Shown: in pieces, positions 1-9,773 of the stretch
How the letters are laid out: the number at the start of each line of letters is the position of its first letter
Numbering within the stretch: the stretch's first letter is position 1
DNA from: Nemertoderma westbladi
Lineage: Eukaryota; Animalia; Xenacoelomorpha
Reading direction: 5' to 3'
Assembly (NCBI GenBank): GCA_032718475.1
Contig: JAUCBJ010003088.1
Location: 1 to 64,000 of the forward strand
DNA length: 64,000 nt
Program-made: the position numbers and the translations under genes
The notes under the pieces: generated by a model
The model's database searches: none
What the model was told of the DNA's origin: nothing
The model's input: the letters and a program-made list of their open reading frames with translations, nothing else

Positions 1-2
1 GA

Positions 3-3000
3 GAAGAGCAGCGTCGAAGTTTGCAATGTAAAATAGAAGAGCTACAAAAGGATGAACAAGATGATAGAAACCACTTTAAAACTCTTGAAAATGTAACCAA
101 ATTCAAGGCACTTGCAGAAATACATGACCAAGCAACTAAATGTGATGCACAGTTGAAAGAAATATCTGATAGAGCGAGTCAACCAAGTAAGGTAGACAAA
201 TTAATCCACAGACATCACATTGAATCAGCTGCAGCTTCGAAAGCTATCCAAAGTAAATTATCCACACACTCCCATGATCAGCCTCATAACATAGTTTACC
301 ACCAACAAAGTTATCTTGTACCACCTCAACAATCATCACATATCCAACATGCAGGTATTCCTTTGTTTTCATCCTCCCCAGCACCAATCGAGATACAAAA
401 CCCTGAAAATATGAGGATGGTTAGTAGTATTGATAAGGTCTCTAATTATGTAAATGAAACTCATGCTACCATAAATAAAGGTGAGGTTAACTTTGATGAA
501 CCATTCTTACAAGAACATCAGCCAATGGGAAAACATATAAAACAACCAATTTCATTATCTCCAGATGTTAATATGATACAATTCAGTCAGCCAGAGTTTG
601 AGACATATATTAAAGGTTTAAGCCAACGCATTGAAAGTATAGTCACAGAAAATTGTGTTAAGAAATTTGATGACTATATGAATATGAATAATAATCCATT
701 ATCTAGGGAATCTACAAAACTGGATAGGAATCAATATAAGCAGCAGGTAGAACCAATGGAAACCCAAGTTAAATATGAATGTACTGATCTTCCATTTTCT
801 AAAGTAACAGATAGCGAAGATTACTTTCATTCTCCTCATACTAGAATATATGTTCCTTCGAAATCTAGTAGCCAGAGTCAGAAGCAGTTAAATGAAATGG
901 ATGCTCAGGAAAACCAAGCAGCAATAATCAAAGATATGTCAGCTGCTGCAATGCGACAATCAGAAATGGAGAGACTCAGTATATCAAATGGCAAAGGTAA
1001 TAAATGCGACTTAAATAACACTAAAAATGTAACCTTTGAAGATGAACTTGCACATTTACAGGTTGTAAAAGATACAGTTAATACTATAACACCTGGTTCT
1101 AATTACAATCATAATGTAAATCATAATGGAGTGAATTCCAACCCAAGAAAATCTTTTGAGTTGCCAGATCCAGCACTCGCTTATAATACCAAAATTCCTG
1201 GAATATTAGACAGAACACCTCATCTTATTGTAGAAGAACTAACAAAATGGTCAGCACGCAATACTCTACCAAGCCTTGCACTCCTCAAGTTTAATGGGGA
1301 TCCAAAAGGGTGGTTGGGATTTTCTAACAGCTTTAAGGAAAGAGTCCTATCTAAACCATTTTCCGAACAAGAAAGATTTGATTACTTGTATTCCATGCTA
1401 GGTCCTGAACCACGTGAACTCCTACAGAACTACGATGGAGTTTCAAATGCCTTTAATCAATCTTGGAAAGCGTTAGAGCGTGTTTATGGTGATAGTGATG
1501 TCTTTGCTTCTCAGATCATTAATGGTCTAACTGATGGTGGTATTATTGGGCGACCACGTGGTATATTATTATTTTATCACCAATTAGTTTCAGCTAAACA
1601 ACGCCTAACTGAGATTAACCAACTACCTATCCTTGATACTCATTATACCCTTGAGAAAATAGTAAGACGATTCTATGATCAGTTACGTAGAAAGTGGACT
1701 TACAAAGCAAGGAAGACAAAGCGATTAACAGGGAGATTCCCTAACCTGGATGATATGATAGAACTGTTAGATGATGAAGCGATGACGGAAAATTGTCCTT
1801 TATACAGTAGCAGCACAGTCCGAAACAGTAGAGTTGTAGGCAGAAGTAATATATCTTTTGCTGAACCAGGTATGTCTGAAGAATATACCACTACTAATAA
1901 ATACTCTGATGGATATACTCTAGCAGTGATTAACAACACGAAATGTATAAAGTGTAACTCTGACCACTTATTATATAAATGTAGTGATTTCATACAGATG
2001 TCTCTTAGAGAAAGGCGAGAATTTGCAAGAGCAAAGAAAATATGCTATCTTTGCCTTCGCGATGGTCATACACGACGATATTGCACATCTAAACGTACAT
2101 GTGACTTGTGCAATAGACGTCATAATACCTTACTTCATAGTGATGCTGCTGTTGTTAATAAAGCAAAATCTGTAGCAAATAGATATGATAAAACTACAGG
2201 TACTACATATACAGGTCATCCTATTGACCTCACAGTAGCCGAAGATGATGATAAAGCATCAATGGATGAGATTGACAGTATTGACTGCGAATCAATAGTT
2301 GAAGACAATAATGTGATTGGTTTTACTGGTGTTACTCGGACCATGGCATCAAGATCGTCTGTAGCTCACATGAGATCATTTAATGTCGTACCTATCACAC
2401 TTATTGGTGATCGAGGTAAAGTTAGAGTTTATGCTGTGATAGACTCAGCCAGTTCAATTTCATTTATGGACAAAAATATTGCATCTTTGATATGTCATGA
2501 TATTGGTGAAACTAGTGGTCTAAATGTGAAAACAATTGGGGATATAGCACCATTAACTACAAATACTATTACATGTGATATAGCTGCAGCGCACGAGCCA
2601 TTAAATTATCATACAAATCTACCATTACGCAATTGCAAATTTTCTGCTATTGAAGGTTTTATGACCTCATTTGAAAAACCATACATATGGAGCCACGAAG
2701 AATGTCAGCGATTTGAGTCTATGGGCATTCCATCTGTAGTAGTTGATTTCCCTGATGTTGCAGCACTAATTGGTCAAGACATATATGAAGCACATTTTGT
2801 ATATGAGACTCGTCCTTTACATCCTGGTGTTAGAGAACCATATGCATCAAGAACTATCCTTGGCTGGTATTGTCGAGGACCTAAGGAGAAAATTGATACT
2901 AAGTTATATAATAACCCAAGTGTTCTCTTTACAATAGAAACAGCATCTTATGAACAAGATGATTGCTATGATGACTATCTCTCTATCTGCAAACCAGATA

Positions 3001-6000
3001 TATCTCTATCCATGGCTCACAATATTATAATGTCAGATAATGATCTTGCTTTACTTACTCCTTTTCAGACGCTCTTAAAGGACCCCAGAGTTGCAACAGA
3101 TATTGACTTAGTTAATGAAATTTATCATAGAATAAGTCTAGACCATCAACTTGATGAAGCTGTTAGAATATACTTTGAAAGAGATGCTCCTGAGAAGGGA
3201 TCTCATGATCGTGTGGCCTCCATCGAAGAGAAGAGATCTTTTAAGATAATGGAGACAACAATTAAATTGCTGGAAAATGGACATTACTGTGTGGGAATGT
3301 TATGGAAACGTGATGATCCCATTCTCATTAATAATATTAACCTTGCTAAGCGACAATTGAGCCAATTGGCTCAGAGGCTACGGAAAAATCCTGAGGCTTA
3401 CAGCATGTATAAAACTCAAATCAATGACTATATTGCTTCTGGTTATTTACAAAAGGTCAAAAATCCAGAGTCAACCAGTAGACGTACATGGTATATTCCA
3501 CATCACTATGTGATTAACCCAAAGAAACCATGGAAGGTTCGAGTTGTGGGAAATTGTGCATCGACTTATAAAGGATGTTCATTGAATAATGAGCTAATGG
3601 AAGGTCCAAATCTTACAAACTATATAATGGGTATCCAATTACGATTTAGACAAAGACAAGTAGCATTTACCTGTGACATAGATGCTATGTTTCACCAAGT
3701 GCATTGCTACCCATGTGATTCAGATTCTCTTCGATTTTTATGGTGGCCTGATGGAGATGTTGATGCTGAACCTGAGGTGTATCAGTTTAAGGTTCATTGT
3801 TTTGGTAAACGCGATAGCCCTGCAACCACTTCATTCGCCTTACGACAAACAGCTACAGACAATCGTGATAAGTTCCCTGCCTTGGTACATGATACTATCA
3901 TGAAAGAATTCTACGTTGACGATGGAGAGAAGTCGTTAGACGACTGCAAGCAGGCTGTTCAACTGGCGCTTGGACTTATAGATTGTTTGAAACTTGGATC
4001 ATTTAATCTCGCAAAGTTTATCTCCAATTCTAAAGATTTCTTACATTCAATTCCCATTGAACACCGTGTTGATAAAATCGAAGATTTTTCTTCAATACCT
4101 ATTCCTGTCACACAATTTCTAGGAGTGGGATGGGACCCCAATACTGATGAGCTTTCTGTGTCTTTCCGTGGAATGGATAAACCACCTGTTTGGACCAAGC
4201 GAACTTGTCTAAGTTTCGCCAGCAAACTTTATGACCCTTTAAATATTATTAGCCCCATTATACTTGTAGCAAGAAACTTAGTAAAACAAATGTGGTTAAT
4301 GGACCTTGATTGGGACCAGCCATTAGACGATAAATCAGTATTTCAGTGGGAGAACTGGTCAAGACAAATACCAATCATCGATCAAATTCATATACCTCGA
4401 ATGTATTTTCCAGGGAGACCGCCAAATAGCACGTATCATCTGCATGTTTTCTGTGATGGTAGTCAGGAGGGCATGGGGGCTGTACTTTACTTAAGAGACA
4501 CTCAATGCATCTCTGATGGATCTCATCCAATTAGTTTTGTTACAAGCAAAGCCAAAACTCTGTCCCTCACTCATTTAACTATACCACGAGCGGAGCTCCA
4601 GGCAGCAGTTGTAGCTGTTAATATAACTTCCACTGTATTACAGGAAATAGAGATGGATATTATATCAGTTCACTATTGGACGGATTCAACCTTGGTTATT
4701 GCTTACCTTAGAACCAATGTGTCATTAAAGAAGTATGTCGCTAATAGACGTGAGCAAGTATTGGATAAATCTACAGCTAGCCAATGGCGACACATCCCTG
4801 GTCAAATTAACCTTGCAGATGTGGCATCAAGGGGCGCCCTACCAGACAAATTTATTCTAACACAGAGTTGGTTTGACGGCCCACAGTTTTTGAAATCCAG
4901 CGAAGATCAGTGGCCAAAAGACCCCGAGATAATCACTAGTAGATTACCAATCGAAGCAGAAATAGTTAAACCAAAATCAAAAGGTGTTAACCATTGTAAG
5001 AACAATGATAGTTATAAACACAGCGAAGTTGCTTTGTATGCAAAATTTTTAGATAGTTACAAGTCATCCTATACTGGTATTGAAACAAGTAATTTGGATT
5101 TATTGGTAAAAGCCAATATTCAAACTAACAGCCAGACATATAGCCCTGATATTGACGATTTTAACTTATTTGGCACAATTGTTAATGATAAGTCAACTGA
5201 ACAACAAACATATATAAATGTATTGGACCTCCCTATGTTATTTGAAGATCCTGTAGAAATGTATATAGAGGAAGATGCCAATCTTAACCTGAAGTTATCT
5301 TTAGGCAGCAAAATAATATCTAACAACTATTGTGATGGTAAATTTGATTATATTCCAAAACCTCCTACGGGATGTATAATATTACCATCACTCAAACATG
5401 CTCTTGATGTCCAGTCATCATGGCGAGTCTCAGTACGAGCAATAACCTGGTTGCGCAGGCTATTCCACTATCACTTATATGAGCATTCTTTAGACTCCAA
5501 CAAACCGTTAGACAAACCTAATGTACTTAGGCACCTAACTGCCGACGAATTAAATGAGACAGAAAAACAAATACTCCGGGTAGAGCAGTATGAACATTTC
5601 AATAAAGAGTATCATGCTCTATCTAATTTTAAACCAGTAGCACAAAGTTCACCCATAGGTAAGTATTCTCCTGTTATGCGGGATGGACTTATTCTTTTAG
5701 GTTCTAGATTTCCGAAAGGTTCCTATAGTGACCAATTTCGGTTTCCTATACTAATTCCCTCATCTGGTAATACACAGCACCAGTTGATATGGGACACTCA
5801 TGTTTCAAACAAACATGCTGGTCGTTCCCACGTATTGTCGATTTTACGCATCAAGTACTACCTGGTTAAACAGAGGGCAGCTGTAGATAAAGTTCTAGGT
5901 TTATGCACTATGTGTAAACGTTTTAATGCTCCATTACTACAACAAGTCATGGGTGAACTACCCCCTGAACGTCTCGCTACAAATGAACCCCCCTTTACTT

Positions 6001-6956
6001 ATACAGCTGTGGACATGTATGGGCCCATTGAGGTTAAACGAGCTCGTACAATGGTCAAGAGGTGGGGTATTATTTACACTTGTGCCACTACACGAGCTGT
6101 TTACCTCGATAGGGTGACCGGCATGTCAACAGACGAATTTATACTTTGTCTCAGACGATTCCTGTCACGTCATATTTCTATTAAGAAAATAATAGCAGAC
6201 AATGGTACTAACTTCACAGGAGCCGAAACAGAAATAAATAAATCCATGAAAAGGTGGGATATGAATAAAATATACTCAGAATTGTCAGACCCAAAATATC
6301 CAAACAGGATAGAGTTTAAATTTAACACACCTGCTGCTCCATGGCGCACTGGAATTGTCGAACGTCTCATTCGTGGCATAAAGAATGCCATATATAAAGT
6401 AGTACCTCTGAAAGTTACACTAACGGACGATCAGTTTGTTACACTTTTAGTTGAAATAGAAGGTATGACAAACTCTAGACCTCTATGCCCATTGTCAGCA
6501 ACGGATCCTAACTCAACACCATTGACTCCCGCTCACCTACTTAACGGAGGGTTACCAGGTGTTGTTCCGGTAGCAATATCCGAAGAGGCTGATCTTCATT
6601 CTCGAAAGATGTGGAGAGCAAATCAGTACCTTGCTGACCAGTGGTGGGACGAATTCCAGAGGGTCTATATTCCCTCATTGTCAGTACGACTCCGATGGTA
6701 CAACACCAAACGGTCATTGCGGGTTGGTGATCATGTACTAATGACTGAGGAAAATATTCCTCGTCGTCAGTGGCTAACAGCAGTTGTCACAAAAACATTC
6801 AAGTCCGCAGACGGACACGTACGATCAGTTGAAATTCGTACTTCAAAATGTGTCCAAACGAAGGATGGTAAATACAAACATAGTAGCTATCAACGCCCAG
6901 TCCAGCGCCTCTGTTTGTTGGAGGAAACGCGGAATGTGACTGGCGATTATAAATAA
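3..6956 (+). CDS. BEL/Pao gag-pol polyprotein (>2317 aa, N-terminus outside window)
   Basis: Frame is open from base 3 (EEQRRSLQ...), so the TTG at 21 is not the true start. Gag motif LLKFNGDPKGWLGFSNSF at ~1281. Knuckles CIKCNSDHLLYKC (~1944), CYLCLRDGHTRRYC (~2043) and CDLCNRRHNTLLH (~2100). Aspartic protease AVIDSASSISF (D at 2442). RT motifs DIDAMFHQV (~3675) and FYVDD (YVDD 3912-3923). RNase H motifs VFCDGS (D at 4455), TIPRAELQAA, WTDST and NLADVASRG. Integrase HHCC (THVSNKH...CTMC) and D-D-E (AVDMYGP 6012, ADNGTNF 6198, GIVERL 6360). BEL-type C-terminus WWDEFQRVY...GHVRSVEIRT. No stops or frameshifts. Confidence 0.97.
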   Translation, partial: EEQRRSLQCKIEELQKDEQDDRNHFKTLENVTKFKALAEIHDQATKCDAQLKEISDRASQPSKVDKLIHRHHIESAAASKAIQSKLSTHSHDQPHNIVYHQQSYLVPPQQSSHIQHAGIPLFSSSPAPIEIQNPENMRMVSSIDKVSNYVNETHATINKGEVNFDEPFLQEHQPMGKHIKQPISLSPDVNMIQFSQPEFETYIKGLSQRIESIVTENCVKKFDDYMNMNNNPLSRESTKLDRNQYKQQVEPMETQVKYECTDLPFSKVTDSEDYFHSPHTRIYVPSKSSSQSQKQLNEMDAQENQAAIIKDMSAAAMRQSEMERLSISNGKGNKCDLNNTKNVTFEDELAHLQVVKDTVNTITPGSNYNHNVNHNGVNSNPRKSFELPDPALAYNTKIPGILDRTPHLIVEELTKWSARNTLPSLALLKFNGDPKGWLGFSNSFKERVLSKPFSEQERFDYLYSMLGPEPRELLQNYDGVSNAFNQSWKALERVYGDSDVFASQIINGLTDGGIIGRPRGILLFYHQLVSAKQRLTEINQLPILDTHYTLEKIVRRFYDQLRRKWTYKARKTKRLTGRFPNLDDMIELLDDEAMTENCPLYSSSTVRNSRVVGRSNISFAEPGMSEEYTTTNKYSDGYTLAVINNTKCIKCNSDHLLYKCSDFIQMSLRERREFARAKKICYLCLRDGHTRRYCTSKRTCDLCNRRHNTLLHSDAAVVNKAKSVANRYDKTTGTTYTGHPIDLTVAEDDDKASMDEIDSIDCESIVEDNNVIGFTGVTRTMASRSSVAHMRSFNVVPITLIGDRGKVRVYAVIDSASSISFMDKNIASLICHDIGETSGLNVKTIGDIAPLTTNTITCDIAAAHEPLNYHTNLPLRNCKFSAIEGFMTSFEKPYIWSHEECQRFESMGIPSVVVDFPDVAALIGQDIYEAHFVYETRPLHPGVREPYASRTILGWYCRGPKEKIDTKLYNNPSVLFTIETASYEQDDCYDDYLSICKPDISLSMAHNIIMSDNDLALLTPFQTLLKDPRVATDIDLVNEIYHRISLDHQLDEAVRIYFERDAPEKGSHDRVASIEEKRSFKIMETTIKLLENGHYCVGMLWKRDDPILINNINLAKRQLSQLAQRLRKNPEAYSMYKTQINDYIASGYLQKVKNPESTSRRTWYIPHHYVINPKKPWKVRVVGNCASTYKGCSLNNELMEGPNLTNYIMGIQLRFRQRQVAFTCDIDAMFHQVHCYPCDSDSLRFLWWPDGDVDAEPEVYQFKVHCFGKRDSPATTSFALRQTATDNRDKFPALVHDTIMKEFYVDDGEKSLDDCKQAVQLALGLIDCLKLGSFNLAKFISNSKDFLHSIPIEHRVDKIEDFSSIPIPVTQFLGVGWDPNTDELSVSFRGMDKPPVWTKRTCLSFASKLYDPLNIISPIILVARNLVKQMWLMDLDWDQPLDDKSVFQWENWSRQIPIIDQIHIPRMYFPGRPPNSTYHLHVFCDGSQEGMGAVLYLRDTQCISDGSHPISFVTSKAKTLSLTHLTIPRAELQAAVVAVNITSTVLQEIEMDIISVHYWTDSTLVIAYLRTNVSLKKYVANRREQVLDKSTASQWRHIPGQINLADVASRGALPDKFILTQSWFDGPQFLKSSEDQWPKDPEIITSRLPIEAEIVKPKSKGVNHCKNNDSYKHSEVALYAKFLDSYKSSYTGIETSNLDLLVKANIQTNSQTYSPDIDDFNLFGTIVNDKSTEQQTYINVLDLPMLFEDPVEMYIEEDANLNLKLSLGSKIISNNYCDGKFDYIPKPPTGCIILPSLKHALDVQSSWRVSVRAITWLRRLFHYHLYEHSLDSNKPLDKPNVLRHLTADELNETEKQILRVEQYEHFNKEYHALSNFKPVAQSSPIGKYSPVMRDGLILLGSRFPKGSYSDQFRFPILIPSSGNTQHQLIWDTHVSNKHAGRSHVLSILRIKYYLVKQRAAVDKVLGLCTMCKRFNAPLLQQVMGELPPERLATNEPPFTYTAVDMYGPIEVKRARTMVKRWGIIYTCATTRAVYLDRVTGMSTDEFILCLRRFLSRHISIKKIIADNGTNFTGAETEINKSMKRWDMNKIYSELSDPKYPNRIEFKFNTPAAPWRTGIVERLIRGIKNAIYKVVPLKVTLTDDQFVTLLVEIEGMTNSRPLCPLSATDPNSTPLTPAHLLNGGLPGVVPVAISEEADLHSRKMWRANQYLADQWWDEFQRVYIPSLSVRLRWYNTKRSLRVGDHVLMTEENIPRRQWLTAVVTKTFKSADGHVRSVEIRTSKCVQTKDGKYKHSSYQRPVQRLCLLEETRNVTGDYK

Positions 6957-7024
6957 ATAGAGGTAAAGTCACATATATTAGTTCACGTCTCCTTTAAGGC
7001 GTACTTAAAGCTTATAAGCTTTAA

Positions 7025-7033
7025 TGTGGGGTG
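7025..7033 (+). promoter_or_regulatory. Putative (degenerate) polypurine tract of the BEL element
   Basis: TGTGGGGTG lies ~70 nt after the ORF stop and directly before TGTTGG, the usual PPT-to-LTR geometry of BEL/Pao elements. The tract is short and interrupted by T. Confidence 0.5.
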
Positions 7034-7751
7034 TGTTGGATGGGAGACGTGTGTAAAATATATAATAATATATCTAAGTTCGTAGTGAGTAATGTAGGGT
7101 AGGGGCAACTAATATCTTTCATTACCTTTTCAGGATGTGGACCTGTGGCGCAACAGGGAGCTGATTTGTCAATATACTTTGTGTGTATGCTTACTTAGTA
7201 TATATGTCGCGTATAGGTGTCTGTGTAGGTGTACCTGTACGTATATATGGTCCGCATTACGTAATGACTGTATCGCTATTTAATTAAATACATTACTATT
7301 TAATTAAATCAACGTCATGTATGTGTCTTGCACGATTTTCATAGCTAAGTTAGTGTTGTTGGCTTTATGCTCCATCTAAATAATTTAACTAAAAATTGGG
7401 ATCGTTAAATAAAATTTAAGTTTTGGCATAGAAGTTATGTATCACGATATTTTTCGCGGTCCATTCTGCAAAATTAGTATTTTATCTACTTGAAACTTAT
7501 GGTGTGTTGTGGAATGACTTCAGCCAGTTCCAATCAACATAGCATAAGTAAGTCTTCGCTTTTGGCTAAACCAATTATAATAACTTACGTATGATCAACT
7601 TTTAATTGATCAAACAAATGATTACTTCTAGCGCTTACTATTGATCCCAGGAACTGTAAGTCCGATAGCTGTTTTAGACTGGCATACAACTGACTAAGAA
7701 ACTCTATAGGAAACATATTGGTGGAACGCAGACGGAATGAACCGCTCATAA

Positions 7752-7973
7752 ATGGATGAACGGATCGAGTTCCCCGAGTATCCTCGACATGTGTGGAACG
7801 ACATGGCGGATATCATAGGCCCTAGTTGGAGGGACGAAATGCACAGAGAGAGGTTCAATTACCTTTACCCGGCGCCGTTATGGACTCTTGAAGCTCTAAC
7901 CATACCAAGCGTTCATATTATTCGCCCATTACGACTACAAACTCGAATTCGACGTCAGGTAGTCTGGCTATGA
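7752..7973 (+). CDS. Short 73-aa ORF of unknown function in the BEL 3' region
   Basis: From the ORF track. It lies in a locally GC-richer segment downstream of two intron-like stretches. No recognisable domain. Confidence 0.15.
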   Translation: MDERIEFPEYPRHVWNDMADIIGPSWRDEMHRERFNYLYPAPLWTLEALTIPSVHIIRPLRLQTRIRRQVVWL

Positions 7974-8162
7974 GCCACTCGCGTTCCTCAACGAACTCTA
8001 CGGGCTGGAGCTGATACTTATTAGAATGTAAATCATTTATTAATTTCCCAGTAGCATGGTATTCGTCCTGCAGTCGCAGTTCCCTAGTGACATCGCAATC
8101 GGGACGCTCGAGACCCCGCCATTGGTATATGGCACGCTACCCCGATCACTGACACCTTAAAG

Positions 8163-8624
8163 TAAAGGAAGTCTATTTTGTATTATATCGCACTAAAGGA
8201 AGTCTATTTTGTATTATATCGCACTAAAGGAAGTCTATTTTGTATTATATCGCACTAAAGAAAGACTATTTTGTATTGTATTGCACTAAAGAAAAACTAT
8301 TTTGTATTGTATTGCACTAAAGAAAGACTATTTTGTATTGTATTGCACTAAAGAAAGACTATTTTGTATTGTATTGCACTAAAGAAAGACTATTTTGTAT
8401 TATATTGCACTAAAGAAAGACTATTTTGTATTGTATTGCACTAAAGAAAGACTATTTTGTATTGTATTGCACTAAAGAAAGACTATTTTGTATTATATTG
8501 CACTAAAGAAAGACTATTTTGTATTGTATTGCACTAAAGAAAGACTATTTTGTATTGTATTGCACTAAAGAAAGACTATTTTGTATTATATTGTACTAAA
8601 GAAAGTCTATCTCTGTTATATTTG
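8163..8624 (+). repeat. 31-bp minisatellite, 14 full copies plus a degenerate 15th
   Basis: Unit TAAAGAAAGACTATTTTGTATTGTATTGCAC starts at 8163, 8194, 8225 ... 8566, 8597. The first three units are the variant TAAAGGAAGTCTATTTTGTATTATATCGCAC. Confidence 0.97.
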
Positions 8625-9773
8625 AATTCCACGTAAATGTATGGTATGTTTATTTACTACATTTATTTTCTCAATACATTTTATTGATAAGATACAAACA
8701 TCTAAAAATTATATTAAGTAGAGAATTTTGATTCAGATAAAGTTTAATCTTACTTAATCAGTCTTAATTTTATATTATAACTCGAAGTATCCGTTGTAGT
8801 ATGTCTTACCTATATCCTAATTATAAATATATTACTTGTGCAATATGTAAAAATAATTACGCCGTGTATATTTGTTGTCAGTCGTGAATTTGAGAAAATT
8901 CACTGGTGGTGGGTGTAAGCGCGTATTATTTACGTTATACTGTTTCGGGATAACATTATTGATGGCAGTTTAATCTAATTAGTATATTTACGTAAGTTAT
9001 CAAAATAGTTAATGTTATTAACCAAGTTTACAGTCTAACTTACTTTGTGGCTCGCCCCATAGGCAGGATCGTTATCTGCTTGCATTATTATACTGTATGT
9101 AGCCCATTGTATTATTGCAAATAGAACATATCATGTTCATTTACTAGACGTAAGATGGCGTATTGCTAGCTGATATATATAGGCATGACACAGCAGTGTT
9201 AGAACCATTATTACTACTATTATTATCATTGTTATCTGATATCTGACTTCCGGTGGCAGTGTGACATTCAGTATTTTGATGGTACCGGTAGCGGTAATAT
9301 GAATCCGTCAATGTATATGGAGTAGCCGGGCCTATTTCGGGCTGTTGGCCGGTTCAGTCTGGGATGTGATAGGGCTAGTTTGCGCTAGGGTTTCACGGGA
9401 TTATTTATATTGTGGGGGGCTTATTTTATATGGTACGGTATCAAAATTAAAAATACTATAATGTTCAATGTATTGTGGTAATTATTGTGATACGTAACAA
9501 AGCCCCACAGTTTTATTTAGTGCTATTGCAAATGATATTGCTAATGTTATTGCTATTGCTATAAATTACTATAAATTGCTGTACATCGTTTTATATTCGA
9601 GTAATAATTTCGTAATTGCATTTCAGTATTTGATTGACATGACATATTAAACGTAAAATAAATAAGAAAGTTTTGTATGAAACTTGAGCATTTCAAAAGC
9701 ATCTAACTCTCAATTAAAAGAGGGGAAAAACAAGGGGTTTTTATTCGATGTCCATGTGACGCCTTAACGCGCT

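Noticed and set aside
21-23. TTG as start codon of the polyprotein
   Set aside because: The frame is open back to the window edge and the element is eukaryotic, so the real start lies upstream.
1700-6391. Short alternative-frame and antisense ORFs within the BEL ORF
   Set aside because: They are 63-97 aa with no motifs, as expected for shadows of a long coding frame.
7276-7309. 14-bp direct repeat CTATTTAATTAAAT x2
   Set aside because: Short, AT-rich and low in complexity, with no supportable function.
9411-9509. Imperfect inverted repeat TGTGGGGGGCTT / AAGCCCCACA as MITE ends
   Set aside because: Too short and imperfect, with no TSD and no second copy in the window.
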